Below are positions 8,508-18,171 of a DNA stretch of 64,000 nucleotides, piece by piece (within the stretch, counting starts at the first letter, position 1; the number at the start of each line of letters is the position of its first letter). The notes under the pieces are model-generated. The model did no database searches, was not told the origin of the DNA, and saw only the letters and a list, made by a program, of their open reading frames with translations. This stretch comes from Gemmatimonadota bacterium. GTDB lineage: Bacteria > Gemmatimonadota > Gemmatimonadetes > Palauibacterales > KS3-K002. The DNA lies in the NCBI GenBank assembly GCA_039586795.1, contig JBDHJS010000010.1, positions 1-64,000 on the forward strand, given 5' to 3'. Made by a program: the position numbers and the translations under genes.

Positions 8508-9605
8508 ATGAAGGCGGGACGTCACGCAGTCTCGGCTGCAGCTGTGCTCGTCTGTTCCCTAACGTTGGTGGCCCACCTGGAGGCCCAGCCACTGACGCGC
8601 CGCACACCGAACGTCTACGGCACCTGGGTCACGACGCCGTGGAATCTGTTCTTCGCGTTCAACCACCGGTTCCGGATATTGGGCGACGAAGACATCACCG
8701 GAATCTTCGACGAAGCGTTCCTCAAGAACTCGCCGACGTTCAACCTGGCGCTGGGTCTGTGGTCGCCGTTCATGGCGGGGGTCCTGTACTCCAGCGAGCC
8801 GGCGATCCGCAACGGCCGGAGAAACAACGAGTGGTTCCCGTATCTGAAGTGGGAGCCGCTGCGACAGGACCACTGGTCGGTCTCGCTGCTCGGCGGTTAC
8901 AACGGTCAAGCAGAGAGCGCGGATGGCGTGTTGGCCGGACAGGCGGACATCGCCGGCTTCGAGTTCCTGGGCGAGGTGCGCGCGTTTAGCGATGCGTTGC
9001 ACACGGGCGAGGCCGGGGTCGCCCTGGCCGGCGGATTGAGCTTCCGGATCACCGAGTACATCGCGGTGAGCGGAGACTTCGGCGGATTCGTCGCCGGCCC
9101 AGACACGGGCGCCGCGTGGAGCACCGGTATCGCCATCGGCATCCCGTTCACACCGCACACGTTTTCGCTACAGCTCAGCAACGCGCTGTCGACGATCCCG
9201 CAAGAGGCGTCGTTCAACAGCGCCGAAGCGAATGGCGGTGACCTGGTGTGGGGGTTCGAATTCACTGTGCCGTTCAGCGGGTTCGCGCGCTGGGGTCGGC
9301 TGTTCGATCCGCGTCAGGCCAACGCGGAGGGCGACGAAGCGCCCGCCCGGGTGGCGGAAGTCGACATCAAGCGGCATCGCTTCGAGTCGGAGACGGTGCT
9401 GGTTCCGTTCGAGGGTTTGGTCCGCTGGGTGAACCGAGACCCCGTGACGCACACGGTGGCCGCAGCAGACGGCGCTTGGCGGTCGCGCCCGATCGGGCCC
9501 GGCGAAACCTATACGACTCGGGTGCCAGGGCCGGGAAGATACGAGTACCGCTGCACCCTGCACGAACACGAATCGGGGACGGTGCTGGTCGAACCGGGCG
9601 GTTGA
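8508..9605 (+). CDS. Exported putative outer-membrane beta-barrel protein with C-terminal cupredoxin (amicyanin/plastocyanin-like) domain
   Basis: Signal peptide; amphipathic beta-strands; C-terminal WVNRD..HTV...YEYRCTLH..GTVLV. Confidence 0.65.
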   Translation: MKAGRHAVSAAAVLVCSLTLVAHLEAQPLTRRTPNVYGTWVTTPWNLFFAFNHRFRILGDEDITGIFDEAFLKNSPTFNLALGLWSPFMAGVLYSSEPAIRNGRRNNEWFPYLKWEPLRQDHWSVSLLGGYNGQAESADGVLAGQADIAGFEFLGEVRAFSDALHTGEAGVALAGGLSFRITEYIAVSGDFGGFVAGPDTGAAWSTGIAIGIPFTPHTFSLQLSNALSTIPQEASFNSAEANGGDLVWGFEFTVPFSGFARWGRLFDPRQANAEGDEAPARVAEVDIKRHRFESETVLVPFEGLVRWVNRDPVTHTVAAADGAWRSRPIGPGETYTTRVPGPGRYEYRCTLHEHESGTVLVEPGG

Positions 9606-9608
9606 CGA

Positions 9609-10778
9609 CTAGGGCTGGGAGGCCGCCTGGAAGCGCCCGAGCAACGCCGCGACCGCGTCGTCGGCGCCGGCAAAGGCCTCGTCGCCGGCGGCGTTGGTCG
9701 CCGAGAAGAGGCCGAGGCCAAGCTCCGGAGCCAGCCAGACCGATGCCCACCACATGGTGTTGCTCCCATGATGGCTGAGCACCCTGCCCCCGGCCCACTC
9801 TCGCGTCCCAATGCCCCAACCCATGGCGTAGTTCGATCCAGACGGCGGCGTGTGCAATTCTTGGAAGCTGGCGGAGCTGACGATGCCGTCCCCTCCGTTC
9901 GCACCAGCCAGATGCTCGACCATGTATCTGGCGTAGTCCTCGAGCGAGCAGTGTACCGTTCCCGCTGGCCCGAGGGCCGCCGGGTTGTCGGCGTATGGAC
10001 CAGGCGGCACAGCGTTCCATTTGCCCGGTCTTCCTCGGTGACCCCACGGCTGATCGCGCTCCGGACCGCCGGGCGCGCCAAAACTACATGAGCTCATACC
10101 CAACGGCACGAAGACCTCCCTCGATATGAGCTCCTCCCACGAGTCGCCCGTCACCCGCTCCATCATCACGCCCGCAACCACGTAGCCGGCGTTGCTGTAA
10201 GCGAACTCTCCCCGAGGGCCGCCTGGAGAAATCGCGAGCAGCTCAGTCGCGAATCGAATGCGTTGATCGATGATCGGCGATGTGTCTGCGAACAACGATC
10301 CCCATGACGGAGCGCGGGAAACGTCGACCGGGAGTCCGCCGGTGTGGTAGAGCAATTCTCTCAGGCGAACATCGACATACTGCTCGTGCATCGATCCGAC
10401 GAGGTCAGGGAGGATGGCGCCAACGGTGGTGTCCCAGGAAAGGATGCCGCGTTCGACGAGCGCGGCAGCGAGGGTTGCCGTGATCGACTTGGTCAAGGAG
10501 CCGAGATGCCACAAATCATCGGCCTTCGCTTCCTCGACGTGGCCAACGGCGCGGAGCCCGGTCGCCGCCCTCTCCACGACGACTCCATTGTAAACAGAGA
10601 TGGCGGCGAGGGCGGGAAGCTCGCGGGCGAGTCGAATCGTATCGAGGACGGCTTGCAGGCCACCGTCACCCGCGACTCCAACATCCTGCGGAAGCCCCTG
10701 CGTCGGCTCGGCGTTGTCGCACACCACGAGAACCGCGGCGAGCAAAAAAACGAGGGGAAGCTTAAATCGTGGTTTCAT
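9609..10778 (-). CDS. Serine hydrolase, beta-lactamase class C family
   Basis: SLTK (SxxK), YSN and HHGS motifs; signal peptide. Confidence 0.85.
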   Translation of the reverse strand: MKPRFKLPLVFLLAAVLVVCDNAEPTQGLPQDVGVAGDGGLQAVLDTIRLARELPALAAISVYNGVVVERAATGLRAVGHVEEAKADDLWHLGSLTKSITATLAAALVERGILSWDTTVGAILPDLVGSMHEQYVDVRLRELLYHTGGLPVDVSRAPSWGSLFADTSPIIDQRIRFATELLAISPGGPRGEFAYSNAGYVVAGVMMERVTGDSWEELISREVFVPLGMSSCSFGAPGGPERDQPWGHRGRPGKWNAVPPGPYADNPAALGPAGTVHCSLEDYARYMVEHLAGANGGDGIVSSASFQELHTPPSGSNYAMGWGIGTREWAGGRVLSHHGSNTMWWASVWLAPELGLGLFSATNAAGDEAFAGADDAVAALLGRFQAASQP

Positions 10779-10885
10779 CGTCAGTCCCAATTGTAGCATT
10801 GGCTCTGGTGGATTTGCGCCGTCGCCATAGTTTGTCGCCGTGCGTGCGAAGGTCAATGATAACACCAACAGACGGGAGTGCCCCA

Positions 10886-11419
10886 ATGAGATCGACAGTT
10901 ATCGCCCTGGCCCTGGCGATGAGCTTACCCACCCTCCTCTCGGCCCAGCAGCCCACGTCGCTAGCGGCCGACATGATGAAGGATCTGGCTGGCCTGGTCG
11001 GAGAGTGGGAAGGTGAGGGCTGGGTGCAGTACGAGGAAATGGAGCGCACCAGCTTCAATGCGCAAGAAGTCGTCGAGAGCCGGTTGGGTGGGTTGGTTCT
11101 GGTGCTCGAAGGCACGGCGACCGCTACTGATGAGAGCAAAGTGATCTTCCATCACGGCTTCTCGATCCTCACCTACGCGGCGCCCAGTTCCCGGTTCGTG
11201 ATGTTGACGATCCGACAAGACGGTTCCAACACGGTCGCCGAGGTATCACAGGACGCAGGATTCCTGGAGTGGAGTTTCGAGGACCCCGTGCTCGGCACGG
11301 TTAAGCACACACTGCGACTGACGCAGTCCGGGCATCTATTCGCCGTGGGCGACCACTCGAAGGACGGCGGCGCGACCTGGCGCCGACACTACGAGATGGA
11401 ATTGACCCGCAAGATGTAG
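10886..11419 (+). CDS. Exported hypothetical protein (beta-barrel/DUF1579-like)
   Basis: Signal peptide MRSTVIALALA...SAQQ; LVGEWEGEGW motif. Confidence 0.6.
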   Translation: MRSTVIALALAMSLPTLLSAQQPTSLAADMMKDLAGLVGEWEGEGWVQYEEMERTSFNAQEVVESRLGGLVLVLEGTATATDESKVIFHHGFSILTYAAPSSRFVMLTIRQDGSNTVAEVSQDAGFLEWSFEDPVLGTVKHTLRLTQSGHLFAVGDHSKDGGATWRRHYEMELTRKM

Positions 11420-11426
11420 CGACGGA

Positions 11427-12695
11427 CTACGACACGCCCTTGAGGACCAGGGTGGCGTTGATGCCACCAAAGCCGAACGAGTTCGAGATGGCGAACCCCA
11501 CGTTCGCCTCTCGTCCCCCGTTCGCCAGATAGTCCAGGTCGCAGTCAGGGTCGGGGTCGCTCAGGTTGAGGGTCGGCGGCATCCAGCCGCGAGAGATCGC
11601 CAGTGTGGTGATGGCGGCCTCGATGGCGCCGGACGCGCCCAACGGATGACCGTAGTAACCCTTCGTTCCGCTGACCGGAACGCGGTACGCATGCTCGCCC
11701 AGCACTGACTTGATCGCCTTCGTCTCGACCGGATCGTTGAGCCGTGTCGACGACGCGTGGGCGTTCACGTACTCCACCTCGTCGGGAACGCCCCCCGCAT
11801 CGGCCAGCGCGATCTCGATCGCCCGAGCGGATTGGACCCCATCTGGCCGCGGCGCCGTCATGTGATAGCCATCGTTTGTAGTGCCGAACCCGCACAGCTC
11901 CGCGTAGATGCGGGCATCGCGCTTCACGGCGTGCCCCCATTCCTCGAGCACCAGTACGGCGGCGCCCTCACCCATGACGAAACCGTCTCGCTCCCGATCG
12001 AAAGGCCGACTGGCCGTCGCCGGGTCGTCGTTGCGCTTTGACATGGCCCGAATCAAAGCGAAGGCGCCGTAGGAGAGCGGCGAAAGCGGGCACTCGACGC
12101 CGCCAGCCAGCGCCGCGTCGGCCGCGCCGTCGCGGATCAATTGGTACGCGTGACCGACACCGATGGCCCCGGAAGCGCAGCTCATGCCGTTCGTGGAGTT
12201 GGGTCCGGTGAAGCCAAACTCGATGGCGATGTTGCAGCTGGCGGCGCCGGTGAACACAGCGAGGGCGAGTTGCGGACTGACGGCGGAGGGGCCCTGCTCG
12301 ACGAAGACGTGATGCTGGCTCTCGGCGAAGGCGACGCCGCCCAACGCCGAGCCCATCTGCACCGCCACGCGATCCGACTCCAACGAACCCGCATCGAGCC
12401 CCGCATCGTCCAGCGCCATACGCGCCGTGGCCACGCTGAATTGACCGAAGCGGTCTAATCGCTTCGCCCGCTTTGCTTCCATATGATCGGCGGGATCGAA
12501 GCCGTCGACTTCAGCGCCCATCCGGCTACGGAACGCCGCGGGGTCGAAGCGGGTGATCTCGCGGACAGCCGAGACACCCCGCTCGAGACCTTGCCATAGA
12601 TGTTGAGCCCCGATACCGATGGGCGTGACGCAGCCGATGCCAGTGATGGCGACTCGGCGACGTCCGTTGCCGCCGTTCTCACTATTATGACTCAC
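11427..12695 (-). CDS. Beta-ketoacyl-ACP synthase II (FabF/KS-alpha family)
   Basis: RRVAITGIG, catalytic Cys in MSCASG, NAHASST, GHPLGASG, NSFGFGG. Confidence 0.9.
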   Translation of the reverse strand: MSHNSENGGNGRRRVAITGIGCVTPIGIGAQHLWQGLERGVSAVREITRFDPAAFRSRMGAEVDGFDPADHMEAKRAKRLDRFGQFSVATARMALDDAGLDAGSLESDRVAVQMGSALGGVAFAESQHHVFVEQGPSAVSPQLALAVFTGAASCNIAIEFGFTGPNSTNGMSCASGAIGVGHAYQLIRDGAADAALAGGVECPLSPLSYGAFALIRAMSKRNDDPATASRPFDRERDGFVMGEGAAVLVLEEWGHAVKRDARIYAELCGFGTTNDGYHMTAPRPDGVQSARAIEIALADAGGVPDEVEYVNAHASSTRLNDPVETKAIKSVLGEHAYRVPVSGTKGYYGHPLGASGAIEAAITTLAISRGWMPPTLNLSDPDPDCDLDYLANGGREANVGFAISNSFGFGGINATLVLKGVS

Positions 12696-13153
12696 CTAGC
12701 TTCTGCCTCTCGCTTTACGCCGGCCAAAGTCCTGCCGGCTACGTGGTGAATGAAGACGGGTCCGATCACAGCGTCGGCGGCGAGCCGCCCTATCAGTGGC
12801 CAGCTTGGCCCGCTCAGCCAATCGTGCACGATCTCGACTCGTGTCGCGCCGTTTTCCGAGAAGAACCGCCACTCCACGTCCATCCCCTTCGTGATTCCGT
12901 CCACGTGCTTGTACCTGACCACGGGCACGCTTTCGTCCGCCCACATCTCGCTAACCCACCAGACCGGGTAGCCGACGGGCCCAAACGTACGCCACGCCGC
13001 CATCTCAACGCGACCGCGACCGAAGCCGTCGCGCCGTTGAAACCGCACCCAGCGGTAGTGGGACAGGATGTCGGGCCAACGTTCCACGTCGGCCGCGACC
13101 TGGAAGCAACGGGCCGGGGGCGCCGCGATATTCAGTTCGTTGTGCGTGTTCAT
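12692..13153 (-). CDS. SRPBCC / polyketide cyclase-dehydrase (Coq10-like) protein
   Basis: DVERWPDILSHY, GMDVEWRF; typical size; overlaps the KS start. Confidence 0.75.
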   Translation of the reverse strand: MNTHNELNIAAPPARCFQVAADVERWPDILSHYRWVRFQRRDGFGRGRVEMAAWRTFGPVGYPVWWVSEMWADESVPVVRYKHVDGITKGMDVEWRFFSENGATRVEIVHDWLSGPSWPLIGRLAADAVIGPVFIHHVAGRTLAGVKREAEAR

Positions 13154-13156
13154 CTT

Positions 13157-14368
13157 CTATCCTCTAACCGCGGCAAGCGCGAAACGGATCCAGAGCGTCG
13201 GATCGAGGAGCGTCGCCGGGTGAGCGAGATCGCCGGTGGCTTGGATCAGGCGGCGGGCGGTCACTTCGCTCCTTGCCAGTCCACGAACAAACCGTGACAT
13301 GGCCCGGGGCCGGCTGATCGCCCCCTCGATAACACGTTGTAGTGCACGGGTAGGCTTCAGCTCGCTGCGGAGCCGCCGTGCGTATCGATTCAAGACGTGC
13401 CCTTCGGATCCTCGATCATTCAGCACCACATCTATTGCCGGCGCCGCCAATGAAGCGCTCCGCAAAGCTTGATAAATCCCCTGGCCGGTGAACGGATCGT
13501 AGTAGCCCGCGGCATCACCCACCAACGCGGCGCCTGGCATCCAGGGCCGGCTCACGGGGCGATCGAACGGGCCGGTCACCTGAACCGCGTCGTCCAGACC
13601 GGCGCTGGCCACGCGCTCCTTCACCGAAGGAAAGTCATCCAGAGCCTCCAGCAGAAAGGCGCGGGCATCGCCGGCGATGGCACTGGCTTCCGTCTCTGGA
13701 ACGACCAGCGTCACGTTGCCACCCGCCGCCAAGGGTGCGTACCCACATGTTCGCCCGCGCCGGACTCGCAACTCGCCGAAGGCACCGGAGCCGTCAGGCG
13801 ACGCCAAGTGGCCGACGACGGCGATCTTATTGAGCCGCGGGCCTCGAGCCGCCAGCCCCAGACGGCGTTGCACGACAGATCGCAGACCGTCAGCGCCCAC
13901 GACAAAGGTCGAGCGCAGCTCCTGCCTGCCCGATCCGTCTCGACCGATGACGCCCACCACTCGCCCGTCCTCGACGACCAAATCGGCGACCCGCAGACCG
14001 AAGCGGACCCGGGCACCCGCTCGACACGCCTCGTCCAGCAACGCCGCATCGAAGTCTCGACGCCGCACCGACCATCCTTCGCGACCGCCGCCGAACGTTG
14101 TATGGAAGAATGCGCCGTCCGGAGCCTCGATCCGCCAGCCCGCGAGGGCTTTGGGCTGCAGCTCCCGCCTCAGATCGGCGGCGACGCCCAGCCGCTCGAG
14201 CTCGTTCACTGCGCCCGGATTGACACAGTCGCCGCACGGCTTGTCCCGGGGGAAGCGGGCGCGCTCGAGAACCAGGACGTCGCGACCCCGACGGGACAGC
14301 TCCAGCGCGAGCGCCGCCCCAGCAGGCCCAGCGCCGACGATGATCACCTCGGCATCAGCTCGCTTCAT
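13157..14368 (-). CDS. FAD-dependent oxidoreductase (geranylgeranyl reductase/halogenase-like family)
   Basis: GAGPAG, FPRDKPCG, GADG, GDAAGYYDPFTGQGI. Confidence 0.85.
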   Translation of the reverse strand: MKRADAEVIIVGAGPAGAALALELSRRGRDVLVLERARFPRDKPCGDCVNPGAVNELERLGVAADLRRELQPKALAGWRIEAPDGAFFHTTFGGGREGWSVRRRDFDAALLDEACRAGARVRFGLRVADLVVEDGRVVGVIGRDGSGRQELRSTFVVGADGLRSVVQRRLGLAARGPRLNKIAVVGHLASPDGSGAFGELRVRRGRTCGYAPLAAGGNVTLVVPETEASAIAGDARAFLLEALDDFPSVKERVASAGLDDAVQVTGPFDRPVSRPWMPGAALVGDAAGYYDPFTGQGIYQALRSASLAAPAIDVVLNDRGSEGHVLNRYARRLRSELKPTRALQRVIEGAISRPRAMSRFVRGLARSEVTARRLIQATGDLAHPATLLDPTLWIRFALAAVRG

Positions 14369-15068
14369 GCTCTCGCTTCCAACGCATCGTCCAACGGAAC
14401 AACGGCTGCGGCTCGACCACTACTTCGAGTCCCGCCTCAACCGCCAGCTCACGCGCCTCCTGCAACGTGAAGGCGGCACGCATCGATACCGGCCCATCGT
14501 GCCGGGTGTACGGGTGACGCGCCCAAATCGTGTACGCCAGCCCCAACGAACCGAGATAGCCAAGGAATCCCCGCCGCAGATCGCTGACCACGAACCCCAC
14601 CTCGCTCACCCTGGCCATCTCTCGCAACGTCTGGATCGCCTGCTCGGGTTCCAGGTGGTGAAGAAACGTGCTGCTGATGGCGACGTCGAAGGCGCGGTCG
14701 GTGAAGGGCAACCGGAGGGCGTCGCCGCGAACGACCTCGATCCGCACCGAGCCATCTGGCTCCACGACTCGCCGCCGGGCGACCTGGGAGGCCTCCGTGC
14801 CTCGATCTACGGCGACGCCCCGGAAGTCGACGGACCGGCTCCGACACCAGAGGTCTACACCAACCAGGATGTCGCCGCCGCCCGCCGCCACGTCGAGGAC
14901 CCTCAGTCGGTCGACGGATTCGCCGACCAGGCGGCCCAGCTGGTGAGCCACAAACCCGGTCACGCCAAGACATCGGTTCATCCAGGCGAGGTCGGCCAAG
15001 CTCTGGGCCACGAGAGCCGGGTCGGGGCAGCGCCCATCGAGGCGCTCAGGGGTCAAGCGTCGTCGCAT
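14355..15068 (-). CDS. Class I SAM-dependent methyltransferase
   Basis: VLDVAAGGGD, GDALRLPF, FLHH, DGPVSMRAAFT. Confidence 0.85.
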   Translation of the reverse strand: MRRRLTPERLDGRCPDPALVAQSLADLAWMNRCLGVTGFVAHQLGRLVGESVDRLRVLDVAAGGGDILVGVDLWCRSRSVDFRGVAVDRGTEASQVARRRVVEPDGSVRIEVVRGDALRLPFTDRAFDVAISSTFLHHLEPEQAIQTLREMARVSEVGFVVSDLRRGFLGYLGSLGLAYTIWARHPYTRHDGPVSMRAAFTLQEARELAVEAGLEVVVEPQPLFRWTMRWKREHEAS

Positions 15069-15070
15069 GG

Positions 15071-15086
15071 TTGAGAATGATTCTCT
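15071..15086. promoter_or_regulatory. Fur-family 7-1-7 operator
   Basis: TGAGAAT-G-ATTCTCT versus consensus TGATAAT-N-ATTATCA, 3 nt upstream of the operon start in an AT-rich patch. Confidence 0.55.
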
Positions 15087-15244
15087 CTTGCATTCAATAA
15101 CGATTCCGGATAGCTTATAATTTAGCCTTAACTAAACCCGGCCGCGCGCCGGTTCCGAATACACGCGATTAGCCCCATTAGCCCCAAGCTTGGCGCCCCT
15201 GTCGCCGCGATGCCCCAACCCTGATCAGTAGTACCTGGCCGTGT

Positions 15245-15289
15245 GAAGGCCCGGAGGTCGATCCAGCTGGTGACGCCGACCGGGCCTTC
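15245..15289. terminator. Stem-loop downstream of the GAF gene
   Basis: gaaggcccgg ... ccgggccttc 10-bp inverted repeat; no clear U tract on the minus strand. Confidence 0.3.
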
Positions 15290-15314
15290 GGCTTTCCGCG
15301 CCGCCGACGCATGC

Positions 15315-15773
15315 CTACGGGAGGTGTTGCCCGAGGACGTTGCCCAGAGACTCGGCGATGGTCTGCAGTGCTAACTCGTCGTCCTCGTCGAACGCCGAAG
15401 GCGTCTGGCTGTCGATGTTGATGAGGCCAAGAACGCGTTCGCCGTCACGGATGAGAGTGACGATCTCGGAGCGGGCGTTAAAGCTGCAGGCCATGTAACC
15501 CTTGAACGCCTCGACATCGGGGACGTTGATGTCTCGGGCCTCAGCGACGGCGATGCCACAGACGCCCTCCCCCACCGGGATTCGGGTGCATTCGGTATGC
15601 TCGCCGATGTAGCTGTGGAGGATGAGCAGATCCTCGTTCAACAGATAGACGCCCACCCAATCGTAGGGCGGCCCCACTTCGTTGATTCGGAGGATGGCAC
15701 GGTGAAGCATGGCGTCGGGAGCCAGCTCGACCATCTCCCACAGCTCGTCCGCGATTCGGTTGCCGTCCAGCAT
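15315..15773 (-). CDS. GAF domain protein, free methionine-R-sulfoxide reductase-like
   Basis: WVGVY, CTRIPVGEGVCG, MACS...SEIV, DIDS. Confidence 0.75.
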   Translation of the reverse strand: MLDGNRIADELWEMVELAPDAMLHRAILRINEVGPPYDWVGVYLLNEDLLILHSYIGEHTECTRIPVGEGVCGIAVAEARDINVPDVEAFKGYMACSFNARSEIVTLIRDGERVLGLINIDSQTPSAFDEDDELALQTIAESLGNVLGQHLP

Positions 15774-15861
15774 GGCCCCAAGTTGCAGCGCGGCCATGAA
15801 AGGGGCAATCTGTGTCAGCCCCGCGAATGACCCCGAAGCGCACCCCGGTGAGAGGACGGGC

Positions 15862-16452
15862 ATGGTCAGGCGTAGAAGCCAGTACTTGATGACCGCCGCG
15901 CTGGCGGCGACGCTGGCGTCGGCGGCCGTGGCGCAGGAGGCGGAGAGCCCGGCGCCAGCGGGATTCGGGGTGGGCCTGGCGGCCGCCTACACGACGTTCA
16001 GCGAGGACTTTGAGGGATTGGACGGCGGCTTCGGGGGCGACGCGACGCTACGCTATACCTTCGACGACGGTCTTCAGCTTCTGGGCGGCGCTCACTACAG
16101 CGTGCACAGCATCGAACGGCTGCCGAGCCGGGTCGGGTACTGGGTATTCTACTTCGATCCGCGCTACGTCATCGAACTGTTCGAGTCTCAGCGGGTCGTT
16201 CTTTTGGTGGCCGGCCGGGTAGGCTACGTGTCGCTGTCGACGACTGACGAAAGCAACGTGAGCACGAGCGGCGTCACGGTGGGTGGCTCGGTGGGCGGCC
16301 TCTACGGACTGAGACGCACGCTGGCCGTGGAGGTTACGTTCTACTTCGGCGGCATATGGACCAATCGGCTGCAAGAACAGCCCGACGCGGAATCGGTAAC
16401 CGGGAGCTCCAGCGCGATCAACATCGGGATTGTCTGGTCGTTCCCGAACTAA
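15862..16452 (+). CDS. Outer-membrane beta-barrel protein (OmpA/OmpW-like)
   Basis: Signal peptide ending AVA-QE, alternating hydrophobic strands, C-terminal aromatic WSF. Confidence 0.65.
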   Translation: MVRRRSQYLMTAALAATLASAAVAQEAESPAPAGFGVGLAAAYTTFSEDFEGLDGGFGGDATLRYTFDDGLQLLGGAHYSVHSIERLPSRVGYWVFYFDPRYVIELFESQRVVLLVAGRVGYVSLSTTDESNVSTSGVTVGGSVGGLYGLRRTLAVEVTFYFGGIWTNRLQEQPDAESVTGSSSAINIGIVWSFPN

Positions 16453-16479
16453 CCTACGTCGGCTCGCTCTTCTCCTCGA

Positions 16480-17109
16480 CTAAATACCCAGCGTTCCCGG
16501 CGGCAGCAGTACGGCTCGCGCCGGCGCTGCCTCCGTGTCCATCAACCTGATCGGTAGCGCGACGAGATCGTAGTCACCGGGCTCGGCCAGAGACAGATCG
16601 AGGTTTTCGAGGATCGGGATCGCGGCGGCGCCGAGCGCGCGGTGGGCGGCCATGGCGGCGCTGTCCACCGGATCGACGGAAGGCGCGTCGGTCCCGAACA
16701 GCTGGAGACCCGCATTCGCCAACGCGGTTGCCGCCTCGGGTTCGAGGGGCGGGAAATCGCGGACGAACTCCTCGGGCCGGACCTCGTGAAGCGAACGGAC
16801 CAGAATGCGGGCGGCACCGACCGCTCCGGACTTCTGAAAGAGGTCCACAGTTAGTGAGTCGTGCCCCCGGGCATCGATCACCCGAGCCGGCCCGAGGAAA
16901 CGGTCCAGCTCGAACGCACCGGACATGGCGCCGTCCGCGTCATAGTGGGCCGGGGCGTCGGCGTGCGTGCCGGTGTGCGGGCTGAGCGTGATGCGGGTGA
17001 GAGAGACGTTGTCGCCGTCGGCCAGTCTAAGCGTCCAGTCGACGCCGAGGGGGGAGTCGCCGGGCCAGGCGGCGGTCGTGGCGCTGAGCGGCCGGGAGAT
17101 ATCGATCAT
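16480..17109 (-). CDS. kynB: Cyclase family protein / kynurenine formamidase
   Basis: WPGD, HTGTHADAPAH, GTDAPSVD, ILENL. Confidence 0.75.
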   Translation of the reverse strand: MIDISRPLSATTAAWPGDSPLGVDWTLRLADGDNVSLTRITLSPHTGTHADAPAHYDADGAMSGAFELDRFLGPARVIDARGHDSLTVDLFQKSGAVGAARILVRSLHEVRPEEFVRDFPPLEPEAATALANAGLQLFGTDAPSVDPVDSAAMAAHRALGAAAIPILENLDLSLAEPGDYDLVALPIRLMDTEAAPARAVLLPPGTLGI

Positions 17110-17669
17110 CCACCATCCTCCGCCTGCTTCTCAGCCTCATCAGTTTTTGGAGTCTCTTTCTCTTCAATTTCCTCCGGCTCGGTCTCTTCCTCCTGCTCTG
17201 CCTCCGGCGCCGCGACCTCGTTCGTTTCCTCGAGGTCTATGTGCCGCCGGGGCGGCGCGCCCCAACCGAGGATCTCGTAGTCGATAGAGAACCGGCCTCC
17301 ACCGGAGAAGACGAGAGCGACTGCGACCATCAGCAGCGTGAACTCGAACTCGAATCCGCCGATGAAGCCTTCCTGTAGCTTCACGTTGTAGATGGCGGCG
17401 GCCATAACGGAGGCGATCGCCGCGGCGGCGAAGCGGGTAAGCAGTCCGCAGATGACCAGCAGGCCGCCGAAGAACTCGACCGTAGCGACGGCCCAGGCCC
17501 ACATCTCGGGGCGCGGCCAACCCCAGTCGGCGATGTTGAACCCTTCGGGCGTGCCCAGTGGCCCGTGCAGCTTCACCCACCCGTGCGCCATGAAGACGGT
17601 GCCCAGGGCGAGCCTGAGAAAGAACGGGGCCCAGACTGGGAAGTACCGATTGTAGATCCAACGCCGCAT
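17106..17669 (-). CDS. DoxX family membrane protein with acidic C-terminal tail
   Basis: LRLALG..FMAHGW.K, EFFGG, GGGRFSID. Confidence 0.85.
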   Translation of the reverse strand: MRRWIYNRYFPVWAPFFLRLALGTVFMAHGWVKLHGPLGTPEGFNIADWGWPRPEMWAWAVATVEFFGGLLVICGLLTRFAAAAIASVMAAAIYNVKLQEGFIGGFEFEFTLLMVAVALVFSGGGRFSIDYEILGWGAPPRRHIDLEETNEVAAPEAEQEEETEPEEIEEKETPKTDEAEKQAEDGG

Positions 17670-17688
17670 GCAATGTCCGCGTTTAGGT

Positions 17689-18165
17689 TTAGCTGTCTTC
17701 CGGCCCGACTTCGCGACCCTTCGGCCGTTCGCTTCCGCTTCGCTCCGCTCCGGCCTCGGTTTTCCAGCCTTGAGGCATTTGCACGAACACCTGCCCCTGC
17801 TTGATCAGTCGTCCGCCGAACCGGTTCACCACCTTGTTCTGCAGCCAGCGTCGGGTCGGCTTGATGATGAGGCTGAAGCCGAGGACGTCGGTCAGCAACC
17901 CGGGCGTGAGTAGCAACGCGCCGCCGGAGAAGATGGACAGGCCATCGAGGATCGGTCGACCCGGGACCTTTCCTTGATAGATGTCCTCCTGTAAGGCGCG
18001 CCAGGCGCGCAGCCCCTCACGGCTGGCCAGCGCCGCCCCAAGGATGCCCGTGGCGGCGATAATCGCCAGCGTGGGCCAGAGGCCGATCCAGCGACCCAGC
18101 TGGATGAGCACCGCCAGCTCGATGATCGGCACGATGATGAAGAGGGGCAGCAGCCGCCGAAACAT
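17689..18165 (-). CDS. fxsA: FxsA family membrane protein
   Basis: VPIIEL, GLWPT, GALLLTPGLLTD. Confidence 0.9.
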   Translation of the reverse strand: MFRRLLPLFIIVPIIELAVLIQLGRWIGLWPTLAIIAATGILGAALASREGLRAWRALQEDIYQGKVPGRPILDGLSIFSGGALLLTPGLLTDVLGFSLIIKPTRRWLQNKVVNRFGGRLIKQGQVFVQMPQGWKTEAGAERSGSERPKGREVGPEDS

Positions 18166-18171
18166 TTCTCC

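Noticed and set aside
13469..15074. Long + strand ORFs (333 and 465 aa), and similar antisense ORFs such as 1488-2777 and 56653-58101
   Set aside because: Shadow ORFs of GC-rich genes: Arg/Pro/Ser-rich or antisense, with no motifs.
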